Positions 58,001 through 64,000 of a stretch of 64,000 bases of DNA are shown piece after piece. A program made the position numbers and the translations under genes. Source of the stretch: Sedimentisphaeraceae bacterium JB056. GTDB lineage: Bacteria > Planctomycetota > Phycisphaerae > Sedimentisphaerales > Sedimentisphaeraceae. The stretch covers positions 32,001 to 96,000 of the forward strand of contig JBITAJ010000029.1 in the NCBI GenBank assembly GCA_044440125.1, given 5' to 3'. The notes beneath the pieces were generated by a model. The model saw nothing but the letters and a program-made list of their open reading frames with translations, was not told the origin of the DNA and made no database searches. Every line of letters starts with the position of its first letter. The first letter of the stretch is position 1.

Positions 58001-58153
58001 TGCCTTTTGCCCTGTTTCAGCTATAAGCACCTGCGCTTTAGGCAGAGATGCGTCAAAATCTTTATCACGTACCATTCCGCGAAGTCCGCCTAATTGCTCG
58101 GCATATAGAGATACGCAGAAGAAGCACGACAAAATTAAAATTTTAATTTTCAT
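55037..58153 (-). CDS. TonB-dependent receptor with N-terminal carboxypeptidase-regulatory-like domain
   Basis: VVRGLPDRY plug motif, KTFTPD, GNPDL, NYDLR; C-terminal Phe. Confidence 0.93.
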   Translation of the reverse strand: MKIKILILSCFFCVSLYAEQLGGLRGMVRDKDFDASLPKAQVLIAETGQKAETTDEGNFIFDEVKPGTYTIIVSKDGYTRQIKTDVVISGGAMKDMSIYLSGEFTEMEEFIVQDIQFGSGSEAALLELRMEAPALMDSISSDLMSQAGASDAASALKLVAGTTVQDGKYAVVRGLPDRYVNSQMNGVRLPTSDSDKRAVQLDQFPSAIIESLQVTKTFTPDQQGDASGGAVNVVLKKIPVDTTLKINFGTGVNTNLKDSDWITYDGGGVDFWGRSDNGDAESVRSTSLSGGSYSDPFTNVIEGDQPFDYDFSVSGGGRKEYDDFTVGAFGSFYHKNDSSYYDDGINDKYWIVDDQILPYTGGETDLENTDNEFTTSLFDVTKASESVQWGAMGIFGIENENNSLSLTYLRTEMAEDTVIVGTDTRGKLYRHPDYDINDPYHPGNSPDERDFAPYRYNQTFKYTERMTETIQLNGEHKLQEFFTEDTEIGDSITLNAPTFDWTLSKNTSRTNEYKTMFDAEWYAAGRDIEGGQPALPVDYWWNQGAYPDIVYGDESTYPVSPITSDEPIDSTWAKPDLQATLGNFQRIWKEIEEQSDQYSFNFNQPFTQWSGDEGYLKLGVFNDSVERKYRQETLSNSNNSLTWGSGSDLTNPDIDDVIENNPGEIPGQPRVDPDVDYDGEQEIFAWYYMLDLPITSELSLIGGFRYESTDISTVNKPHSEDSTVAYMLKNQNNMYSGTVNMLEYTPEADADFSQDDILPSISFEYKPFDDIIFKGSYTETTARQTFKELSPILQREYSGGPIFAGNPDLEMSALKNYDLRFDWTPFDDGLISVSYFRKDIKNTIEYVQMINASTGEVVTTPVNYDEGELTGFELEYRQQLGIFSDHLNGVGFGTNATFIDSEVTIPHDGIYDVLAANGKAKETREMTNTPEMLYNVFVTWDIEETDTSLGLFYTFRGDTLVQGAGQKGGNPLADVYEKEYGTLNFSLSQKLGDIWNMKFQAKNLLNPEIDTIYGDGQDTLKESYTKGMEFSISFSATF

Positions 58154-58207
58154 ATTTATAGATTTCCGTTACTTTAGAGTTTTTAATTTTGAGACTCAAA
58201 TATCATA

Positions 58208-59464
58208 TTATTCTGTTGCAAGTTCTTTGGTAATATCTCTGATTATTTTGTTAAGCTCATCATCAGGTTTGACTTTATTGGTCGCCATTGAGCAGCAGAG
58301 ATTGGCGAAATCTTCAGCGCGGGGTCTGAGGTTTTTGTTTACCATTCCCTCTTTCGCTGCCATTTTGTATACTTCGAGTGCCTTTGCTTTATTGCCTATT
58401 GTGTAGTAACCTTCCGCTACTTTACAGAGTGCTTCACTGCGATACATATTCACAATCGTTTCTCTGTTTTTCTCGAAAGCTGCGACCTCTTTTTCAAGCT
58501 CTGCAACTGCAATGTCTTTTCTTCCTGCCTTGTAATATAATTTAGCAACTTTTGCTGTCAGAGGCATCCTTGTATCGATTCGTCCTCTCGACCAATTTTC
58601 ATCATCTACATATGACTTGGCTGTTTCGAGATTTTTTAAGGCAGTTTCAATATCATTGTTTTTAATGGATGATTCGATCAGACGTTCAAGAATATCGATT
58701 CGCAGAAAATATGGTGTTCTGCTCCATCCATTCTTGATTTTGTTTTCAATCAAATTTCGTTTTTCTTTATCTTCATAGAAATTATCATATAGATATGAAT
58801 AAGCTTTAAGAGCATTGTTTACAGAGTCAAAGACACCGGCTTTAATAATTTTGTCAAGAGCTTCACATTGTTTGTCAAAATCATCAGTATCGCATAGCTT
58901 AGCTTCAATCAAAGCAACCTTGCCGGCTTCTGATACTACTAAGCTTTCTTCAAAACCATCTTCTCTGCTGTCTTTTCCAAGTAAAAGTTCCGCCTGTGTT
59001 ATGTTTACTTTTATCCGATCACTTCTCCACTCTTCGAGAGTCTTGGTTTCTAATCCTTGCTTAGCTAATTTGAGATATTTTTCTGCTGCTTCAATATTAT
59101 TGTGTTCGGCGTATAGTTTGGCTATTTGAGCATAGCACAATTCTTTTCGCCAATTCATGATTTCTTTAGCAGAGTCTGATGCTTTTTGCAACTGCTTAAG
59201 TTCTAACATTGCTTCAATAGTATATTGCTGAACTTTGCAGCGGGTTTTGATATGAGGTTTGACGGGTATAAGAGAGGCAGTGTCAAATGCAATATCCAAT
59301 AGCTCTTCCTGGAAAGATTCTATACTTGCATTTGCTTCCGGTAATTTGGTGTTTTCTATTTTGTTTTCAATATTGCAGTCTTCTGCCGATAAGCAAATGT
59401 TAACACAAAGGCATAACAAAAATGCTGATAAGTATTTTTTAATTTTAACCATACTAATATCCAT
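58208..59464 (-). CDS. secreted alpha-helical/TPR-like protein
   Basis: Signal peptide and helical repeats. Confidence 0.7.
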   Translation of the reverse strand: MDISMVKIKKYLSAFLLCLCVNICLSAEDCNIENKIENTKLPEANASIESFQEELLDIAFDTASLIPVKPHIKTRCKVQQYTIEAMLELKQLQKASDSAKEIMNWRKELCYAQIAKLYAEHNNIEAAEKYLKLAKQGLETKTLEEWRSDRIKVNITQAELLLGKDSREDGFEESLVVSEAGKVALIEAKLCDTDDFDKQCEALDKIIKAGVFDSVNNALKAYSYLYDNFYEDKEKRNLIENKIKNGWSRTPYFLRIDILERLIESSIKNNDIETALKNLETAKSYVDDENWSRGRIDTRMPLTAKVAKLYYKAGRKDIAVAELEKEVAAFEKNRETIVNMYRSEALCKVAEGYYTIGNKAKALEVYKMAAKEGMVNKNLRPRAEDFANLCCSMATNKVKPDDELNKIIRDITKELATE

Positions 59465-59590
59465 TCATAAAATAATAGGAGAAATACAGGTTACTAATTT
59501 TAGGTAATTGTATAAGCAGAATATTAGTGGAGTGTTTGGGCGGAGTTAAAAGGATGTAAGCGAGTTTATGATGTACTCATATCCTTGTTT

Positions 59591-59631
59591 AAAAAGAAAA
59601 AGCGGCGACTGTCATAGATAGTCGCCGCTTT
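59591..59631 (-). terminator. intrinsic terminator
   Basis: AAAGCGGCGACT/AGTCGCCGCTTT stem with a minus-strand T-run. Confidence 0.9.
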
Positions 59632-59663
59632 AATTTCTTGACTTAGGTCAGTAATATTTAATC

Positions 59664-61256
59664 TTACTGAAGCCAGTTGTTAGCCATGATAGCAAGGTCG
59701 ATATCGTTTACGATACCGTCAGCGTTCAAGTCTGAATCACCTTCGTAATCAGTAGTCATACCGTAAGCAGATACGGCAGTCCAACCTGCGAGCCAGTTTT
59801 CGTCAGCACTGAAAGCGCCACGATATTTTGCAGGTGTGAAGAAGCCGGCTTTAGCAGCGTCAACACTTGTTGCTGCTTCGTATGCTGCACGTGGGTCGAT
59901 GTATGTAACACGCTTCATTGTTTTGCCGCCCTTTGTTACCGCTGCTGCACGAGTAAGAGCTTTGATTGGCATTCCTGATGGAACAGGAACGTTGTTATTA
60001 GCAGGATTGTAAACTCCTACCGGACCAGCCTGGTCATCAGCATCACCAGAAAGGTTATAGAATACACTGTCTTTGATCTCTGCAAGCTTACCTGCAGGAT
60101 CCTGTGCTCTATACATTACTGCCGGATCATTGAAGTTACCGGCTGTGTAAACACCGGCGTTTACTGTAGAGTAAGTGTCGGCATCAGTTGTCCATGTATC
60201 AGCCCATGAGAGAGTGCCATTGTAGCCATAACCGCTTGCACCGTCACCATCATCACCATCAAAACGTACGAGTTCTTCACCGATATCCATGAATACACAG
60301 TTACGGTACTGTACACGTGCGTTATCACGCCATGTTGTAGCACCGTCACCGGCATCTGGCTGACCAACTACTGTGAAGTTGTAGATAGCGGCTGTTGTTA
60401 CAGGCTGAGCATCTGAATCTTCAGCACCGTCGATTTCCAGACAGTTATCACCAACACCAGAACCCTGACCTGCATCAGTACTGTAACCCTGAACGATAAG
60501 ACCGAACTGAGCTTGACCTCTCCAACCTTCATCAACGTCAAAACTGTCATCACCGATGTTCCAGATGTTTACGTACTTGAGACAAACTGTACCACCCCAG
60601 ATTTCGATACCATCATCAACGTTGTTCATGATTTCGATGTGGTTGATTTCTGTCTCGCGGCCGATACCACCAAGAGAAAGACCGTTGAGCTCGTTAGCCT
60701 GACCAATTACCTTACCGCCATAACGTATTGAAAGGTAGCTGATAGAACCACTGTCATCGTTGTCATCGTTACCGCCGTACATAGCGTTCACTGCATCTGT
60801 AAGACCTTCCATCTGCTTCTCATTGAGACCGGTAGGGGTCTTTGTGTTGCTTCCAACCTGAGCACCTTCGTAATGAGATGCACTGATAAGAGCGTTACCC
60901 ATTATAGTAAGGTTACCCCATTCGTTACAACCTTCATGCCACTCAGTGAGTGTATCAAGTGAAGATGTCATGATAACAGGCTCTTTAGCTGTACCGTTAA
61001 CGAAGATTTGAGCACCACGGCATACAGCCAGTGAACCTTCGTTACCGAAAGTTGTCTGTACCAGTGTACCCGGCTCGATAGTCAGTGATGCACCTGGAAG
61101 CACATAGATCTGGCCGTCAAGATCGTAAACGTTGTCACTTGTCCATACTGTGTCAGTGTCAATGTCGGCACTGACAACTACATCCGCTGCCTTAGTCACT
61201 GTAGTGAGCATCAGGCATACTGTTGCCATCAACAGAAAAAACTTAGAGAATTTCAT
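59664..61256 (-). CDS. secreted beta-helix-like protein with C-terminal dockerin-like motif
   Basis: Signal peptide; LTIEPGT, YGG.DDNDDSG, NELNGLSLGGIG, DDGIEIWGG, GDDSFDVDEG; DLNADGIVNDIDLAIMANNWL. Confidence 0.8.
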   Translation of the reverse strand: MKFSKFFLLMATVCLMLTTVTKAADVVVSADIDTDTVWTSDNVYDLDGQIYVLPGASLTIEPGTLVQTTFGNEGSLAVCRGAQIFVNGTAKEPVIMTSSLDTLTEWHEGCNEWGNLTIMGNALISASHYEGAQVGSNTKTPTGLNEKQMEGLTDAVNAMYGGNDDNDDSGSISYLSIRYGGKVIGQANELNGLSLGGIGRETEINHIEIMNNVDDGIEIWGGTVCLKYVNIWNIGDDSFDVDEGWRGQAQFGLIVQGYSTDAGQGSGVGDNCLEIDGAEDSDAQPVTTAAIYNFTVVGQPDAGDGATTWRDNARVQYRNCVFMDIGEELVRFDGDDGDGASGYGYNGTLSWADTWTTDADTYSTVNAGVYTAGNFNDPAVMYRAQDPAGKLAEIKDSVFYNLSGDADDQAGPVGVYNPANNNVPVPSGMPIKALTRAAAVTKGGKTMKRVTYIDPRAAYEAATSVDAAKAGFFTPAKYRGAFSADENWLAGWTAVSAYGMTTDYEGDSDLNADGIVNDIDLAIMANNWLQ

Positions 61257-62047
61257 AAACTACCCTTTCTAAAATGATTTTTAATTTCCGAATTTACTTT
61301 GAAAAACGATTCCTACATTAAAAGCTTCGAAGCGCGGTATTGGTAATTTGCAACTCCTTTGCAAGACAATACCTGTTCGGGATAAATGTTATGCTCAGAT
61401 TGTTTGCGAGCTATTAGCAAGATATTTTGTTACAATTAAATAACCTTTAGTGAATCTGAACAATCTTCAGGTTTTATGCTGATAAAGGATTATTAAGACC
61501 TGTAATATCTTTATTTAGTGATTTGTCTTGCGATTATTGAGGTTTTATTTGACATATTGGCTTTATAGCATTAACCTATTTACATAGGAGCCGATATTTT
61601 CGGGATAAGACTGGAATCATGCAGAGTTTTTCGGTAAAATATGCATTAAGATTGATATTATGAGTTGGATATCTGGTAGTATTTTTAATCTTGGTGATGA
61701 TATTAAGTTTCATTTTGAAAGTAGTTCTTAGGTAAATCCTTTTTTTCAAAGTGTTTATGCTTTATTTTGTCTTTCTTTTTTGAGTGTTTTGACTAAAATA
61801 TTTGGCCTTATAAAGTTGCTTTAGAGGCTTTTTTTCTTGACAAAGAGGTCCTTTTTGTATATTTAGAGGGCCTTTATATTCGGAATATTTAAAATAGACC
61901 GTTTTGACAAGTAAAATAACGCCCCGCCTCTTCATCGTGACTGAGCTGGAGATGTGGGGTTTGGTTTTTTGTATATAACAGTCGTTTTTACAGGCGATTT
62001 GATAATTAAAGTCTATAAAATACAGATTTATTTGGAGATAAATAGAT

Positions 62048-62236
62048 ATGCTTCCAGTAAAAAAATTAAGTAGAACAAGGACTCGTACCAGACGAAGTCA
62101 TCATAGCCTCAAGGGCAGCAACTATTCAGTATGCCCTCAGTGTGCAACATCAAAGCTGCCTCACGCGGCTTGCGGCAACTGTGGCTATCACAATAGCAAG
62201 ATTAGTCTTGATATGAGCAAGGAAGAGTCCAACTAA
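62048..62236 (+). CDS. rpmF: 50S ribosomal protein L32 (Zn-binding type)
   Basis: P.KK.SRTR..RRSH, CPQC, PH..CGNCG. Confidence 0.95.
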   Translation: MLPVKKLSRTRTRTRRSHHSLKGSNYSVCPQCATSKLPHAACGNCGYHNSKISLDMSKEESN

Positions 62237-62238
62237 CT

Positions 62239-63255
62239 ATGCGTATAGCGTTGGACGCAATGGGCGGCGATGATGCCCCTGAAGAGATCGTAAGCGGTGC
62301 GATTCTTGCTGCCCCTCTAATGGACTCAGGCGATGAGATTCATCTTGTTGGTCCTGAGCAGGAGTTGTCTAAGCTTCTTGATAACCGAAAAGCTCGTAAG
62401 TGCAGCAATATAAAAATTGTTAACGCTACCGAGACTATTGGTATGGAAGAGACTCCAGTGGATGCTCTTCGTAAGAAACGCGACAGCTCTATAGCAGTGA
62501 TGGCCAAGCTTGCGGCCAAAGGTGAGGTTGATGCGGTGATATCAGCCGGCAATACAGGCGCCTGTGTGGCGGCCTGTCAGATGCGTATGCGCAATCTGGC
62601 GGGGGTTAATCGTCCGGGTATTGCAGTGGTTATGCCTACAATGAAGGGTCCGCTGACTGTTTGTGATGTCGGTGCTAATGTCGCATGTAAACCTATTAAT
62701 ATATATCAGTATGCGGTTATGGCCAGTGTTTATTCTCGTGAGATGTTTGGAATTGAAAAACCAAGAGTTGGTTTGTTGAGCATCGGTGAAGAGGATAGCA
62801 AGGGTAATGAAATAATCAAGCGTACGAGGGATCTGCTGCGGGCAGACGAAAAACTGAATTTTATCGGCAATATCGAAGGTAGGGATATCTTCAAGGGTGT
62901 TTGTGATGTTGCGATCTGCGAAGGTTTCGTAGGAAACATTGTACTCAAACTTACAGAGGGGCTTGTTGAGTTCCTCTTCAGGGCACTCAAAACAGAGATC
63001 AAAAAAGAGAATATCTTTATGGCCCTGAAATTCCGCAGTATAATGAAGCGTTTTTATAAGAAGTATGATTATCACGAGTATGGTGGTGCTCTTCTTCTTG
63101 GTGTAAACGGTACATCCATGATTTGTCATGGCTCAAGCAAGGCTAAGACAATCAAAAATGCCATACTTGCCGCTGAAAAGTTTACCAATAAAGGAATTAA
63201 CGATCAGATAGTCGAATGGCTTTCTGATTCTACATTGGAGAGTTCTGATGGCTGA
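62239..63255 (+). CDS. plsX: phosphate acyltransferase
   Basis: IALDAMGGDDAP, SAGNTGA, DVGAN, ICHGSS. Confidence 0.97.
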   Translation: MRIALDAMGGDDAPEEIVSGAILAAPLMDSGDEIHLVGPEQELSKLLDNRKARKCSNIKIVNATETIGMEETPVDALRKKRDSSIAVMAKLAAKGEVDAVISAGNTGACVAACQMRMRNLAGVNRPGIAVVMPTMKGPLTVCDVGANVACKPINIYQYAVMASVYSREMFGIEKPRVGLLSIGEEDSKGNEIIKRTRDLLRADEKLNFIGNIEGRDIFKGVCDVAICEGFVGNIVLKLTEGLVEFLFRALKTEIKKENIFMALKFRSIMKRFYKKYDYHEYGGALLLGVNGTSMICHGSSKAKTIKNAILAAEKFTNKGINDQIVEWLSDSTLESSDG

Positions 63256-64000
63256 TACAGGAGATAAGACTTTCGGAAAATGGAGTGCTGTTATAGCTGG
63301 AACCGGCTCTGCTCTTCCCGAGAAACTCCTGACGAACGATGATCTTGCTCAGATAGTCGATACAAACGATGAGTGGATCACCGCAAGAACAGGTATAAAA
63401 CAACGTCATATTGCTTCTGATGAAGAAACAACAGTAACTTTAGCAACTGATGCTTCAAGAAAAGCTCTTGAGGCTGCCGGAGTTGATGCAAGTGATGTTG
63501 ATATGATAATTGTCGGTACAATTACACCTGAGATGGTGTTCCCGGCAACAGCTTGCTTTGTACAAAAAGAGCTTGGTGCATCAAAAGCAAGTGCATTTGA
63601 TGTCACGGCCGCTTGCAGCGGATTTTTGTATGCGCTTTCTATCGGTACGGAATTTATCCGAAGCGGTAATTACAAAAACATCCTTGTTATCGGTGCAGAG
63701 ACGCTCAGCAGGATAACAAATTACAAGGATAGGGGAAGCTGCATATTATTTGGAGACGGTGCAGGTGCAGTGGTTCTTCAGAGAAGTGAAAAGCCAAACA
63801 CCGGAGTGCTCTGTAATAAGCTTGGCTCCGATGGTAACGGCTGGACTTCACTTAACTGTCAGGCTTACGGATCGCGTTATCCGGCGGACAAGCCTCTTGA
63901 AGACGAGTCAATGATGTATATGCATATCAATGGCCGTGAGGTCTACCAGCTTGCAGTGAGAAGTATTGTGGAAACAGTTCAGGGTTGTCTTGATGAGGCT
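63248..64000 (+). CDS. fabH: 3-oxoacyl-ACP synthase III, 3'-truncated by the window edge (absent from the ORF track)
   Basis: Manual translation MADTGDK...GTGSALPEKLLTNDDL...DEWITARTGI; AACSGF and LFGDGAGA motifs. Confidence 0.95.
   Translation, partial: MADTGDKTFGKWSAVIAGTGSALPEKLLTNDDLAQIVDTNDEWITARTGIKQRHIASDEETTVTLATDASRKALEAAGVDASDVDMIIVGTITPEMVFPATACFVQKELGASKASAFDVTAACSGFLYALSIGTEFIRSGNYKNILVIGAETLSRITNYKDRGSCILFGDGAGAVVLQRSEKPNTGVLCNKLGSDGNGWTSLNCQAYGSRYPADKPLEDESMMYMHINGREVYQLAVRSIVETVQGCLDEA

Noticed and set aside
61257..61600. PHO-box-like TAACA repeats upstream of the TonB locus
   Set aside because: Spacings of 16, 11 and 14 nt do not give a consistent 11-bp period
591..63716. 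Many short ORFs overlapping long genes (e.g. 8454-9191, 13342-14103, 19857-20396, 62542-63129)
   Set aside because: Antisense or alternate-frame shadows of well-supported genes, with no recognisable motifs

Overview
Bacterial chromosomal window, probably from an anaerobic planctomycete (Phycisphaerae/Sedimentisphaerales-like). This is inferred from dockerin-like C-terminal tails on secreted proteins, a Tat sulfatase, two UroD-family paralogues and an Lpt permease. Core genes: rex-hfsABC(HydS)-hydCBA [FeFe]-hydrogenase operon, leuA with a Leu-rich leader peptide, leuC, argC, prfA, rpmE, rnhA, a TonB-dependent receptor with a TonB2-type energising operon, and rpmF-plsX-fabH. Several AT-rich accessory inserts lie between them: an AbiE-type toxin-antitoxin pair, a nuclease-STAND ATPase, a Gtr-like glycosylation cluster, an RNase J-like MBL hydrolase plus PD-(D/E)xK nuclease pair, and orphan membrane genes. 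The most unusual signals are non-coding: (i) a GxxExxY nuclease gene bracketed by bipartite inverted repeats, with an adjacent 59-bp gene-less copy of the same ends; (ii) accessory genes lying between duplicated ~60-bp promoter/operator segments at two separate loci; (iii) a 253-bp MITE with nested REP-like palindromes. No rRNA, tRNA or CRISPR array was seen. Product calls come from motif recognition by eye, not from database searches.
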